DNA from: Lama glama
Taxonomy: Eukaryota
Assembly (NCBI GenBank): GCA_028534125.1
Contig: CM052816.1
Location: forward strand, 63,118,001 to 63,182,000
Direction: 5' to 3'
Length of the DNA stretch: 64,000 nucleotides
Shown here: piece by piece, positions 12,406 through 26,210 of the stretch
Layout: each line of letters opens with the position of its first letter
Numbering within the stretch: position 1 is the first letter of the stretch
Program-made: the position numbers and the translations under genes
Notes under the pieces: generated by a model
The model's input: only the letters and a program-made list of their open reading frames with translations
What the model was told of the DNA's origin: nothing
Databases searched by the model: none

Positions 12406-13444
12406 TTCTTTCATACAATAATGAAGGTTCCTGACACAGAAGTACTTCCATGTCTCTCTCCAAAATGGACAAAATCAAGACATCAAAAAATACAAACTTC
12501 TACTTTCCTCCTTATCTGGAACTATAGGAGCTAAAGGGATGATCTTTGCCAGAACACAGCTCATGAAAGACATCCACCTGTGAGGATGACAAATGAAAAA
12601 ATTACCAGGCAACAGAAACATTCTGGTAGTTTAAGAGAAAGTGAGCTGTTTGGGGAATCAGAACAAATAACTGCAATGTACTATGACAAGTACTGTAAAA
12701 TTTATGAAAAGTAAGTTATTTGTCTTCTCAATAATATTTGCACATATAAAAAAGAAATGACATGAGTTAGGAAAGATTGTTTTCAGGCAAAATTCAATAG
12801 AGAAATCTGACTGGAGGTAGTAAAGTGAAATTAATTAGGTAACACCAGAAATAAGCAAATAAATTAGAAGACATGTTTGACAAATGCTACCAGAATTCAG
12901 TGGAAATTACAAAGAAAGGTAAATACAGTGAACAAAATACTGTCAACATGGGAGACATCCAGAATATCTAGTATAAAGTACTCTAAGAAAAAAGGGCCAG
13001 AGGCGAAGCAAGAATTAAACAAATTATGGCAGAAAATATCCTTGATTTATAAGAAAAAAGAAAGGAAGACATGAATTTTCAAATAGAAAGGGTCTGTTTA
13101 GTATCCTTATAAATTTAATTATATAAAAAAGTAAAGAGCCACAACTTCCCAGATTCTGAATAAAGTTTTAAATTTTAAGAAGTTAGAAAAGCGTCTCTTC
13201 AGGACAGCAAAAATGGATTAAGTACAAAGAAAAGCAATGCGATCAGTAAAATGTCAGGCTCTGTTTGAGCAGTTATATCAATATTACTATGAAATTTAAT
13301 ACAAATTTAAATAACCCATAAGAGAAAAATTCGTACCAAAAAAAAAAGAAACTAATATTAAAAGTCTAGACCTATTACCTCATTAGTTAAAACAAGTTGT
13401 GATGGGAAGAAAGACAGAATGAAAAATATTTTAAACGGGGGAGA

Positions 13445-13660
13445 TGATAGAACTTAATGGGTAAGAAGCCACAGAGGCCTGGGTTCAAATTCTGGACCTG
13501 CCAATTATTAGCTTTGTGCTCTAAAACAAGTGACTTAACTTCATGGAACTGTTTTCAAATCAATAAATGGGGATATTAATATCTATAGGGCTGCTTCAAA
13601 TACTAAATAATATGTATAAAGCACTCAGCTTGCTAACTGGAGAACAGTAGGCACTCAAGC
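13445..13660 (+). mobile_element. MIR SINE
   Basis: cctgggttcaaattctgg...ccaattattagctttgtg...caagtgacttaac...aaatggggatattaat. Confidence 0.7.
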
Positions 13661-14325
13661 TGTTATAAAAATGCTACTTTTCAAATATATAGAGAGACAT
13701 ATGAGTTCAAATAATCAGTAGAGTAGAAACATCAAGCAAAAATAGAAAATTGCAAAGAAAACCTAAACAGGAAAATAAAAGAGAAACAACTAAACATTAA
13801 AAAAAACCCAAAAAACAGAAGGCTAAATAAAGTAGGATAGATATAATAAAACCAAATTATCAGAAAAACAGTGATAAATTATAAATACACATAGCCACAG
13901 TTACAGTAGAAGATTTTATGTACCTCTCTCAGTTCTTTGAAAAGTATTAATAGAATTAATAGGAGGTATATCCCAAACTTTGTATCTGTATGGCATATAC
14001 ATTGCTTTTGAATATTCAGAGAATAGTTACAAAAATTGATCAAATTCTAGGCTACTAATACTTATTAGTATTAAGTAACTCAATAGTTGCCCCAGAAATG
14101 TTTAGAACTCATCATAGGGGCAAAAGGGCCACCCCAGCAGGGAGGTAAACTGAGAAGCCCTCCGCCCCTGGACTCGACACAACACAGAAGCATGTAGGTC
14201 ACTTTTACAAATTCTATAGATAAACCAGAAAAAAAAAAGTGGGGAAGCTTTTAGCTTTGTGTTGGTTCTCAGATAGAAGCCTATCTCCTATGAGGAATCA
14301 GTTCTTGATCAGATGAAAATTTTAC

Positions 14326-14486
14326 CCTCAAGAGGGACAGCAGGGCTTGCCAATCAACAGGGTGACATTTCATACATCAAGGTTTCTCTGTCATCTGTGA
14401 ATTGCCCCCCAGTTACTGCACCTCCTAAAGCATGCTGGGAAACCAATCAACAGCCACTGCCATTTTATTTGTCCATCAAAGAGTCT
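14326..14486 (-). pseudogene. Candidate pseudo-exon DSLMDK*NGSGC*LVSQHALGGAVTGGQFTDDRETLMYEMSPC*LASPAVPLE
   Basis: Acceptor cattgcttgttttag, donor AGG|gtaaaa, 161 nt, phase 2 to 1. Confidence 0.3.
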
Positions 14487-16169
14487 CTAAAACAAGCAAT
14501 GACTTTCCAAGCACCACCAGATTTATGAGACATATCTAACAGGGTGTGCCACCTTGAAAATGATAAAAAGAAGGATCAGCAGAAAAGTTCTTTTGATATC
14601 TTTGCAACTGTGATGGCTCACCTCTCATCAAATTAATAGACCTTGCATATAAATTCAAATATATTTGGAGGCAACTTGCCTTTTAAAGGAAATGATTTTT
14701 ATCAGATGCTCTCTGAGGATGAGTGAAGGAATGAGGATGAGTATCCCATGTAGAACACATCATACTCATTCTGATCCCCTCACCTCATTCTTCTTCCCTT
14801 GGCCTCTTTTTTCACATGTGCCTTATTGTCCTTCAAGGACACCTATTTATTCTATGTAACTTCCTAACTTCTCCAACTCATGTCAACCTCTCTTAACCTG
14901 AATCTCGCTCTTCTCATGAACCCCAATTTAACACTTGGTTATTTCTAATATAACATAAGGACCACGTTACTTACTTTCTTAATAAGCCTTATAGAAATTA
15001 GAATGATGCTACATGCAAAACTATGGAGAATTTCATTGAAATTTATTTAACATTTTCCTGAATCAATATTTGAAATATTTTCTCTTATTCTTTATTTACG
15101 GTTCTTTTCAAGTTACTTCTGATCTATGATTCTACTGAGGTAATTTTATTACTTGTTTACCTGATTTCTGCTGTAATAATAACTCATAAGCGTTTCAAAA
15201 TTTTATATCAAAAAATTTTAAATGCCATCTTAATAGGACAGTTTAAGACAAAAAGCAACACAATTTTTGTTTGAAGCTGAAGAACTGAAGATTAGAGTAA
15301 TTAACTTAAAGATAATCTAATTTTGGCTTCAGTATTTATATTCAAGGTTTTTGAAATATTTTTCAACAATTAGAAATCCCTATATAACACAAAAAGTTAA
15401 CAGGTAGAGCTATTGAATTCATAATATGTAAAGCTTAAAGTAAATGCAATTCCAAAGGCTTTGAGATTAGAGAGACTTTGCATCAAATCAGCAGAGCAAT
15501 ACAAAGGCAAAATGCTATTTGCAGAACATTAACCAAAAAAAAAGAAAGAAAGAAAGAAAAACAGTTGAACAATTCCCTTCATTTGAAGAACTGCACAAAA
15601 ATCTGCTTAAATAATGTAATTATTTTCAAGCTGGCCTAGGAAATAGGCTAAAATAAGAAAAGCAGATCAGTCTGATTGAAATAATAACTGACATCTTGTA
15701 AGAGGAAATCAAAAAACATTGTTTGGGGCTGGATTTTGGGGGGTTTCGGATATTATCTGATTTTCTTATCTGAATGTCATTATCCTTTCTAGTTCCTTAC
15801 AACGAAGGACATCAAATTTTTAAAACAACCTGAAAATACTAGCATTTTAGGTTTTGCACAGCAGCAAGGCTGAGAAATTTGGAATACCTCAGTAGCACCA
15901 GAAACTCCAGAAACTGATAATATGCCTGGATCACAGGGAAGATTCTACCATTTTTCCCCTCACTGTCCCATAAATAAGTTCTTCCATTTAATGTAATATT
16001 TCACACTGTCTTCAAAGAGAAATTGAATTACGCCTTCTCTGCTTAATGGAACCACATATTAAGAAATGGGGATAATTTTACGAAAAGCTTGACTCCTTTG
16101 TAGCAACATTACATGAGTCTCTCTTCTAAGTTCTTCCATTTGAGGCCAGAGAATGTGGCCTACAAGAAA

Positions 16170-18500
16170 CTTTGTTTAAAATTTGTTGAAACATGCTTTA
16201 TGGCTTAGAATATGTTCATTTTTTGTAAATATTCCTTAACCTAGGAAAAATGCATATTTTAAAATATTTATAAATATTCATAAACCTATTTTTCTCCAAT
16301 TGTTGGAAGCAGTCATTGTTCAAAAGACAACTAATTAGATACATGTCATTATATAGTTATCTAAACCCATAGAATGTACAAGGATGAACCCTAATGTAAA
16401 AGTACAGGCTTTGGGTTAAAATGATACATCACTGTGGGTTCATCAGTTGTAACCACTGTGCCACTCTAGTGGGGGATGCTGATAATGAGAAAGCTATGCA
16501 TGTGGGGGAAGGGGGCAAATCTCTGTACTTTCCACCCAATCTTGCTGTGAACCTAAAACTGCTCTAAAAAATAAAATCTATCTTTTAAAAAGATAACCTT
16601 TAGATCAAGATGGTTGACTGTATTTCTCAAGTTTTCTATATCCGTATTAATTTTTTTCTGCTTTATCAGTTACAAGAGAGGAAAATTAAATTCTCCCATT
16701 ATAATAGTTGATTTCTCTATATCTACTCATATTTTAGTTTGATTTCATATCTAGCCTGATTTATGTATTTTGAACCTATGTTATTAGGTACTTCTAAATT
16801 AGAAAGTATTATCAGTATTTTCCTGCAAAATTGAAACTTTTCTCAACATATAGTAAACATCTTTGTTTCTAGCAGGGTTTTCCACATTGAAGTCCACTTT
16901 TTCTAGCTAATGTAGCTACACCAGCTTTCTTTTTGGCTTTATACTTCCTGGTATATCTGTTCCATGCCTTTATTTTCACTCTTTCTGGGTTCTTATAAAC
17001 AGCATGAGGCATTCTATCTTCTGTAAACAGTAAACTGTAGGGTTTTTAAAATTCAGTCTGAAAATAGTTGTATTTTAACTATGTGATTATTGATATAACT
17101 GAGTTACTTTCTACTACCTTATTTTGTGCTTCCTCTTTGCCTCAATATCTTCTATGCTCTTGATTTTTCCTCTTCCTTCTACCTTGCTTTCTTTAGTATT
17201 GATTGAGGTTTATTTTTTGCTTTTTCCCCTTTATTCTATTTTTTTTCCCAATCCTAAATTGGAAGTACAAAGCTCTACTTCCATTCTTTGGTGATTACCT
17301 TGGAAAATATAGTATAAATATTTAATTTATTAAGATCTAAAGTAAACCAATATCTTTACAATCTTCACAAAAACACAAGCATCTTCGATGCTTTCTCTCG
17401 TCGTCCCCCTTCCTGATTTATAAATTGTTGTCTAATGACTTAGTTTTATCTTTATTCTTAATCCAACAGGTAAGACAAAATTGCTGTGATCTCAACATGT
17501 ATTAAATTCCCCAGCCGTTTCTCTGTGCTGCGTTCTAAGCAATTTCCTCAGAGACGCCCTCCAGTTTTCTAACTGGTTCCCTTTTCTTCAGTTGTGTCTA
17601 ACCCGCTGTTTAACTCGTATAGCATTTCTAACTTGAGCTGCTTTTTTATTCATAAAAGTTGTCTTTCAGTTCTTTTTCAAATATCTTTGATTATTTTCAG
17701 TTGATAAGTGTTGCTTTGTCTTACTTTCATTGATTTCATTAGACAATATTACAACATGATTAATTAAAATTTGGTATCTGAATATTCCAGAATCTCTATT
17801 CTTGGAAGTTTAATCCTGTTATTTGTTGTTCCAGCTGGCTCCTGTTTACGGTGACTCGTGTTTCACTTGTTTTGTACTTTTTCTTAAATTTTGCAGTCAT
17901 GTTTTTCAAAAATGTATCTGTAGGAATTCTTTGAAGTCTTGATTTAAAATGTTTTCCTCCAGACATTTGTGTCCTTCTGCCAGCTACCTGGAGGTACAAC
18001 CAATCCAGCGGCACTTAAGACTAAATTTCCTACAGATACCACAGACAGTGTGCTTTCCGTCCCCAAACTCATGTGACTGCGGAAATGAAATCAGGAATTT
18101 TTTTAGACAAATGTGTTTGCCCACTCCACCCAGAGCTGAAGCAAAAACAGACAGTATCGCTACCATCTGCCTCTGCGGGGTGGGCTTTTTTCTAGTACTC
18201 TTACGGGAGAATCAGCTGTATCAAGGGTCTCTGATCTGACCTCTCTCCTCCTCAGACCCAACCTTTATCCACCCGCGCAGAAGTGTGGCCCATTTACGCG
18301 TGACCCACTATGACAAAAGTCGCCAGGAAAAGGCCAGCTCCAAAATGCATTTACCTACCTACAGTCATGCTTTCTCACTGTTTCTATCATACTATAATTC
18401 CCCTTACTTTCCTGCCAGTGTTGCCATTTTACAATACATTTTGTTAAGTATTTTTTGTATTCTCTGACAGGATATATTCTCTATAGATAATTAGTTCATC
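16170..18500 (-). mobile_element. Ancient degenerate L1 (L1M/L1ME-type), interrupted by a younger L1 3' end
   Basis: T-rich tract with antisense L1 motifs (tttatggcttagaatatg, gctacaccagctttcttttgg). Boundaries approximate. Confidence 0.55.
16335..16590 (+). mobile_element. L1MC-type 3' end
   Basis: aacccatagaatgtacaa...gaaccctaatgtaaa...gggttcatcagttgtaac...tgctgtgaacctaaaactgctctaaaaaataaa. Confidence 0.8.
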
Positions 18501-19231
18501 ATATAACTGAAAATCAATGTCAGTCCTTTTTAATAGTAATTCTCTAAGAACTTTGGATCAATCCATATCTACTCCATAAAAAACATATGTGCATCACTGA
18601 TTTTGAACACTGCCTATTCCAAAAGGAAAATTCTAGAACTCCAGTCTCTGATCTTTCAAGGACTGACCTGATGAACCCTGAGAACCCAGTGAGTTGGTTT
18701 TGTTGCCTTATCTATGAAAAGCAATTACTGGATGTCTCGCTTTCAACAAATCTTCTCATTTTTATCTCACTCTGTCAATAACCAGCCCATGAGCTGTGTA
18801 GGGCAGGAGTTACTTGCCTCATTTATGAATATGGATGACTGGAGCAGCAGAGCGCTCGGGCCACTGTGAATGACTTGAGGTAGAAAACACACATGGAGTC
18901 CAAAGGCAAGGAGTCTAGTCACTGCCTTCAAGTCCTTTGCTCTTCCGTTTCAGGCAGGCAAACTGGAATGAGTAAGTTTGTGAGTGAAAACTACGTTCAG
19001 AAATATCTTAAGTTTATCACATAAGAAACTAGTAAAACTTACAGTAGGAGCCCTGGAAAAATATTTTGCATATAAAAGTGCAGATGAATGTTCCTTCTTA
19101 AAAAAAGAAGGAAAAAAAGAGGCCTTATTAAGGCTTATGCATTATATAATAAGGTTGAGAAAAATCTGTTCATTTTCTAAGACTTCTAACACAGAAGAAT
19201 TAGAAGCAACAACACGCCAGCTACTTAAGAC

Positions 19232-19317
19232 CTCTCTGTCTTGAATCTGTCACAGATCCATAAGAGTTCTTATGGTACCAGCCTGACAACACCTTCTAAA
19301 GGATGTGCCTTCCTTGG
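19232..19317 (-). pseudogene. Candidate pseudo-exon PRKAHPLEGVVRLVP*ELLWICDRFKTE
   Basis: Acceptor ttttatttgtgctttag, weak donor AG|gtctta, phase 0 to 2. Confidence 0.2.
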
Positions 19318-20554
19318 CTAAAGCACAAATAAAACTGGTGGTTGGAAAAGGGCACATTTTAATCAAAGCTGAATGCTTACACTGTGAGCCAATGACAGCA
19401 ACAAGGAAAAGAAAAAGGAGTGTAAGTTTCTCCTAGATACCTCAGGAACTTAGCAAACTGCCACTATCACTCTCATATTTTGTTCCCAAAATGTCCCCAG
19501 TCCAGTCCTCTAGGACCACTCTGAGGGCTGCTTTGCGAAAGGTGACAAAATTGGGCAGGGGCTCGCAAACTCACTTCACGGGCCCTTCAACAGAGCAGCA
19601 GGAAGTACCTCCCCGCACCCCCTGTAATTCTGTCTTTGGGGTCCACGTGCAGGACTCTGCTCCTTCTCAGTATTACAGCACTTTAACCAGAGCACCAAAC
19701 ATCCATCCAGAAGGCGGTCTAGATTCAACCCCAAACCAAGAAGGTCAGAATCCTGCTAGACACAAGATGCAAGTAATAAGATAAAAAATTAAGAACACAC
19801 CTCTACTTTTCCCATAAAGTTGCCTCTTGGTTCATACAATATCAACACCAAGCCAGCCTGAAGCCCCTCATATCAAGCGGTTGGTCCTGGGGGCTTCGTC
19901 CTGACACTGCCTCTGTAATAAGGTCAAGATCATCATTCCTGGCTCTATCCCTGGCTCTACCCTTGGATTTTTTTCAAAATGGCATTTACAGAAAATTCAA
20001 ACTTCTCTCTTGCTTAATAGAGATTACCTTGCCTAGCACAACTCTGATACATTATGACACTGAAGGATCCCCCTTCCTGTCATGAGGAAGGATGTGAAAG
20101 GTCAGATCAGGTAAAGGTAACAAACATCCTTATTCTTCCACAGCACACTGACCACCCTTGGACAGGATGCCAAACATTGCATTCCAGTTGGGTAAAGCAC
20201 AATGGCTCCCTAAAGCAAAAGCTGTCTCAGGCCAACCATCAAACCAGACCCATAGGGACAAAATCCTAAGTGACATTTTATTTGGACATGGAATCTAAAT
20301 AAAAGATGAAGTCACAGATGTAAAGACATTGCCAAGTCAGGTCTTACTCATTTACTCACTTGGAAGGTCTAGGATTCTGAAAACAGGAAGCCTATGAGTG
20401 TCTATATAAAGTCCTTTAGGGCCTTGGGTTCCCTCCCCCACCCCAGAAGTTACAGAGTATGAGCAGGCAGATAAGGATTCAGGAAGGGAAGGGACATAAA
20501 GGCATCAGAAGCTTCCTCTGTTCAGAGTCTCCTGATTTACTTTACGTGCCTTAC

Positions 20555-20818
20555 CATCCCCTCTAAGATCACCTGTGAACCAACATCCACCATTTGGGAG
20601 GGACTCCAGCTTTTAAAATGAATGAAAACTTCCCAACTGCTCTTCCTCTGCATGCTAGGAGGCAACAATCCAGACATTTGTATTTATTGCTGCTCAACTT
20701 CTGCATCATGCTCTGATATCTCATCACTTTACTGGATATTTGAGAATGGGAAGGACACCTTGGATATTTGCAAATGCCTAGGCACGCTTGACAAAGCACT
20801 CCAATAAGCATCTGATGT
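20555..20818 (-). pseudogene. Candidate pseudo-exon TSDAYWSALSSVPRHLQISKVSFPFSNIQ*SDEISEHDAEVEQQ*IQMSGLLPPSMQRKSSWEVFIHFKSWSPSQMVDVGSQVILEGM
   Basis: Acceptor tcctctctgtag, donor ATG|gtaagg, 264 nt (88 codons, 2 stops), phase 0 to 0. Confidence 0.45.
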
Positions 20819-22180
20819 CTACAGAGAGGATCCTGTGGGTCTCATGCTGTGCAATCTGAGTCTGCTGAAATGAGCCTCTCCCCAGGAAAGACTCCAAAGG
20901 ACAATAAGGAAAAAGGAGATTCAGCAAAGGAGACTGATGACTGGCCGTAAAGACATCACTGACAGAGGAAGGAAGAATGCAAAGGAATAAAAGAATGGGA
21001 GAATGTCTTCTGAAAGATAATTTTCCCAATCAGCTTTTTCATTTTAAAAATTATATGACCACTCAGAATATCTGAAAAAGGAAAAAACAGTCATCCGTAA
21101 CTGCCAAGCTTAACAAAATCTTCCTGCTGAGTTACAGTTTTTAGAATTTGTCCCTACAGACCTGGTTTTCTACTTAGTCACTGTCATCAGGGACATCCAC
21201 TTTGTCCACATCTTACTGTCATTTCTTTGTCTTCCTATGCATGATCATAATTTTTTCTGACTCACTGTCTTCTAAAACTTTCTCTCTGCACCATTTTCTT
21301 CCAACATGGTAGGCTACACACCTTTGTTACACACGTTTCATGGCCTAGGTGTCCTATGAATTGAAGTTACAGAATGCAAAGGGCTCGTGACAAATTGCAA
21401 AACAAGTGCTGTTGCCACTCTTGTTAGAGGGGCCTCATGTCTTTTTTCTCTGCCTTTTCTTGCCTCTGTAACTTCCCACTCTGCACAATCCTTAATTGTT
21501 TACTCCTAGGAGAGGAAAATGATCATTCTTTCTCCCAGGTAGGAAGGAGGAAGAGCTGTTTTTGTCCTTTTAATGTAAAAAAAAAAAAAAAAAGAAGAAG
21601 AAAAAGTTTTCTCATTAGCTTCCAGATATGTCTTTGAAAAGATTTCCCCCTCCCTTTTCCAGAAATTGGAACAGGTGCTCTAAATTGTTCTTCCTGTTTT
21701 CCATTTAAAATACCTTATAGCAATTGTACAGCAGATCAAGAGAACTGTCTACCCCTAAGTTGATGGCTATACCTGTTAGAGATTTCAACATCGTAATTAG
21801 TCTACTGTTTCTTACCAACACATAACAGGTTAAACCTATAATATGGACAAATTTTAAGGAAAAAAGGATTCAACCTTTGGAACCTTCATGTGATACTTGG
21901 TTTGAGTCACAATGAATCAAAGTAATCATGCACACTGAGATATACACATAAGTCACAACACCATCACACAAAAGATCACTATTTTTCTGTAATAAAACTA
22001 CATCTGACTCTAAGGTCCAGTCATTAGAATGATAAGATCTTTGATCTCAGTTGTTATTGTCTGGCTTTTTTGGTGTTTTGTAGGGGATGGTCTTTCCCCA
22101 GGGCAAACCTAGACCTAGAAGAACCTATGGGAAATCTAAAAAATAAGTGAAGAGCCTGACTCTTAGGTCACTGTGACCAC

Positions 22181-22675
22181 TACATTAATTTCCTACTGCC
22201 ACTATAACAAAGTACCAAAAACTTAGTGGCTTAACACAAATGTATTATGTTACAGTTCTGGAAATCAAAGTCTGGGATGGGTCTCTCAGGGCCAAAATCA
22301 AGGCACTGGCAGGGCTGCAAATCCTGAGGAGGCTCTGGCAAAGTGGCTGCCTCCTCACCTTCTGCAGCTCCCAGAGGCTGCCTGCATTCCTTTGCTCTTG
22401 GCCTGCTTCCACCTTCAAAGTTAGCCATTGCATTATTCATGGATCTTTGCTTCTGTCCTCACATCTCCTCTGCCTTTTCTGCCTCCCTCTCTCCCTTATT
22501 AGGTCCCCTGTGATTACACTGGGCCCACCCAGATAAATCCAGGACAATCTTCCCATCGCAAGATCTTCAACCAATCATATGTGCAAAGTTTCTTTTGCCA
22601 TATAAGATAACCCAGTCACAGATTTCTGGGGTTGGGATGTGGACATCTTTGAGAAGTCATTATTCTGCCTGCCAC
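22181..22675 (-). mobile_element. MaLR solo LTR (MLT1C/D-like)
   Basis: ataacaaagtacca...aacttagtggctta...ttacagttctggaaatcaaagtc...gattacactgggcccacccagataaatccagga...cattattctgcctgccaca. Confidence 0.85.
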
Positions 22676-23529
22676 AGCCCCAGTCATCTCTAGTATAAAG
22701 TCACTGTCCACACTTATTCTCTGCTGTCTACCAGACACTGCTGTGCCGGGTGCCCCCAGAAGCCCTTCACCATGGTTCTCTCTACTGAAAACAGTCTCAT
22801 CACAGACACTGCCCCTGTCTTCAGTGGCTCATCCTGGGGTCTAGAACCATCCTTCAGCCACTGGCCCAGGGAAGCCCAGCAGCACAAAGGATGTAGATCT
22901 CTACCACTCATGGAAAGCCTCCGAACCTCAGTCTCATTCCCAGTCTCAGAAAGCTAACTCCCTCTCGGTTGTGCAGGGCTATTCTCTTCCTTCACAACCC
23001 TAAGCATGAGCCCCGCTGCCTTTCTTCTCAAAGGTCTTTCACTTTGTGGATAAATGTAGCCTAATTTACTTAACTGGTTTCTATCCTTTCCCCCATTTTC
23101 TGTTATAAGCATGCGCTATATGTTTTTTCTATTTGGGGCAATAAAGAAAACAAAAGTACATATCCCAGAATCCGAAATACTTCATTATTTTTCATTAAAA
23201 TGTTCTAGAATAGGCAGTTTTGTCAAACTCAGACTCTTTACCATGTGACCTAGTTAATGTCACAATAAATGAAACTCTGGTCTATATATCTTTAGTTTTA
23301 CTTCCTAAAAACTGTATCAGTGTAGATACACTAATGAAATAATCCTTGTTGCTAAAATTAAATAGAAACTCTGATATGACTGAATACCTGAGGAAATACT
23401 ATAGTTAAGTCATTTGTTACAAGATATTAAAAAGAAAACGTTTTACTAATGTTAATAATATGCATAGCGTTCGTTACCACTTATAATTTGTAACAAAATC
23501 ATGCAAATATTGTGCTATTTAATCTAGTG

Positions 23530-23990
23530 GACAGGTTTCTGGACTGAAATACATTTATAAATCATGGTATATTCATACAATATATAAAGTGTTTCAGTGC
23601 AGTTACAATAAATGAACTTGAAGTTCATGTACCAAGATACAAAAATATCAAAAATATGATCAGGGGTGGTTAAAAGCAAGTCGGAAAATGGTAGTTACTG
23701 TTCAATTAATGTAAGGATTTTCAATTCCAGAACAGTGCTATGTGTTGTGTAAGAGCTAGTACATATGAATTAGAAATACAAATGAATATACAGCAAAGAT
23801 TAAATCTCAGTTCAGAAACGGTTACCTCTGGGGAGGCAAGCAGAATGAGAATATGAAGGAGTATATGGGGAACTTCAACGATATCTGAAATACTTATTCT
23901 TTCAAAGAAAGAAAAATACAACCTAAACGGCAAGATATTAGGATGGAAAGATACTCAGTGATCACTTTGAGTATTTTTATGCTAATCTCT
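23530..23990 (+). mobile_element. Old L1 (L1ME-type) 3' fragment
   Basis: ataaatcatggtatattcatacaat...ggttacctctggggagg...ggggaacttcaacg. Confidence 0.55.
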
Positions 23991-24784
23991 GTATTTGGGG
24001 TTTTTTTTTAACATTTTGAAAAATCACTAGAATAATAATTCAGAGCACTAAATTCAAATATGACTTTTAACATCCTCGTGTGATCTGGAACACATTGCTT
24101 AACTACTCTGTTCTCCAATTCTTTCGTCAGTAAAACGATGATGTTAATACTTGTCCTTTCTCACTTTGCACAGATAATAATTGGCTAAAAGGGAATAACT
24201 ATAAAGCACATCACAATAACCTCTCCAATCCTTACATGCCAGCCCAGTCCAGCTCCCAGGACCAATCCTGGCTTGAAACAGGAGGGATGAAGCAGTTTCC
24301 ATGGCTGTGCTTCAGTACCAGTCACTGACCATGCTGGCTCCATCTTTATCTTTCTCCAGCTTCATCCACTGATATACCACCCTCTCCAATGGCCCAGTTT
24401 GTCTTTTAACAATATAGTTCTGCCTTCATTATCACTACTTGAGCCCATTATGACAATTTGTCTTTTTTATTCCTAAATATCATTTAACTGAATTCCGCAT
24501 TTCTGCTTTCTATTTACCCATTAGAACTTAATAACCGTTTATCTTGTTCTCTTATCATAGGATGATCTGCTTGCCTAGGAAAAGTTGCTACACCATCTGG
24601 ATGTTAGGCTTGCTTGCCTAACTGAACATTATATTTGCATCTTCAGCTGGCGTTACTTCCTGAACTAGTGGGTAGTTCTCATTCCAGGCTCTGGTCTCCC
24701 CAGCCATGGCCACGGCCAGATATGTCCTGAGGTAGGAGGGAACACACTCAGACCTTCATAAAGTACCAACCTGAGACCTTTACG

Positions 24785-24899
24785 TAGGGTGACCATGCAT
24801 TCTGATTTGTATGAGACTGTCCCAGGGTAATAATTAATAGAGTTCCCTTTCACTCTTGAAGTGTCCTGATTTGCACAATAAGTTATAGGGTCATCCTTA
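24785..24899. mobile_element. MER94/MER81-like hAT-Blackjack MITE
   Basis: Inverted termini tagggtgaccat...agggtcatcctta with internal taataattaatag...ctttcactct...gtgtcc. Confidence 0.65.
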
Positions 24900-25509
24900 G
24901 GTTTTTGCCAAAAAAGACCACTACATCCATGTTTCATTTTTATAGCTACAGCTAAAAGTGGGATATCAATTTTCGACTGTATTTGAATAGCAGATTCATC
25001 AATCCAAATGTGTAGTGTGGCCATAGACTAAGGATTTACTGCCCTAGTTTAAAAATTACGTAAGAAGATACAGGTCACTAAAAGAGGATAAAAGCAATAG
25101 AAATCGCTGCGTCAGAACAAAGAATCACTGGGAACAACAGTGAGTGAGTGAAAAACAACAGAACTAGGAAGCAAGGTGTAAGCCAGATGCGACTCTAACA
25201 CAGTCCTGAACATGCTTATTTCATTCATTAGTCCTAAATCTTCATATTCCTCCCAAAAGCACTATCTCCCAAAGACCCCAAGGCTGCACTTCCCAAAGTG
25301 TTGCTGCACCCTTACATTCCTCGGTGTGCCCAAGATACATTTTGAGGAAACAAATTTGGGGAAAATATTCCTTTTTACTTCACTTCTTTTGACGAAATGT
25401 TTCTCGTGGTAGCATGGTGCTGATCACTACGCCTATGGTGGTGTACAGAAACAGACAGAGTACCTGTCTACAAAGGGCTTACAGTTTACTGAGAAGAATA
25501 TCCCATGCT

Positions 25510-26210
25510 ATTGGGGTTTATAGTATGCCAGGAACAACGCTAAATATCTTATCTGTGTTTTCTCCTTTATTATCATAAGGCTAAGAGGTAGGCATTCTTA
25601 TAATCACCACTTTGAAGGACATTGCAGTAGGCTGACCAATGGCCAAAGTTTTCAGGTCCTAATCCCTGGCACTTCCAAATGTTACCTTATAAAGGAAAAG
25701 ATGTGATTAACTCAAGGATCCTGACACGGGGAGATTATCCTAGAGTATCTAGGTGGATCCTAAATTCAATCATAAGTGTCTTTTATAAGTGGGAGGTGGA
25801 GGGAGATTTCACACACCAGAGAGAGAGAAAAAGAAAGAGAAAGGGTGAGAGGAGAAGGAGATGAGAAGACAGAGGCAGAGCTTGGAATGATACAGCCACA
25901 AGCCAAGGAACTCTGAAAAATGCCAGCAACCACCAGATGCAAAGAACAATTTTTCCCCCAGAGCCTCCTAAAGGGAGCATGGACCTACTGACACCTTGGT
26001 TTCAGAATTCTGGCCTCCAAAACTGAGATAATACATTTGTGCTGTTGACCAAGTTTGTGGTAATTTGCCATGAAAGCTACAGGAAACTAATAGAGTTGGG
26101 AAACTGAGGCTTAGGGAAGTAATTTGCCTAAGGTCACACAGTTAGAAATTTGGAGAGCAAGGATTTAAACTCAAGGAAATGTGTCCAGAGCTCGCTCTCA
26201 GCTACTAGGC
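25510..26210 (-). mobile_element. MIR SINE split by an LTR
   Basis: Left half tatgccagg...gaggtaggcattcttataatcaccactt; right half gaaactgaggcttagggaagtaatttgcctaaggtcacacagtta. Confidence 0.65.
25623..26093 (+). mobile_element. MaLR solo LTR (MLT1B/C/D-like)
   Basis: tgcagtaggctgaccaatggcc...gtcctaatccctgg...cagccacaagccaaggaa...ttctggcctccaaaactgaga...aagtttgtggtaatttg...aggaaactaata. Confidence 0.85.

Noticed and set aside
20555..20818. Resemblance to CCDC162-type sequence and an LC8-binding-like VDVGSQ motif
   Set aside because: Only vague recalled similarity, and the stronger donor extends the exon so that no SQT motif forms.
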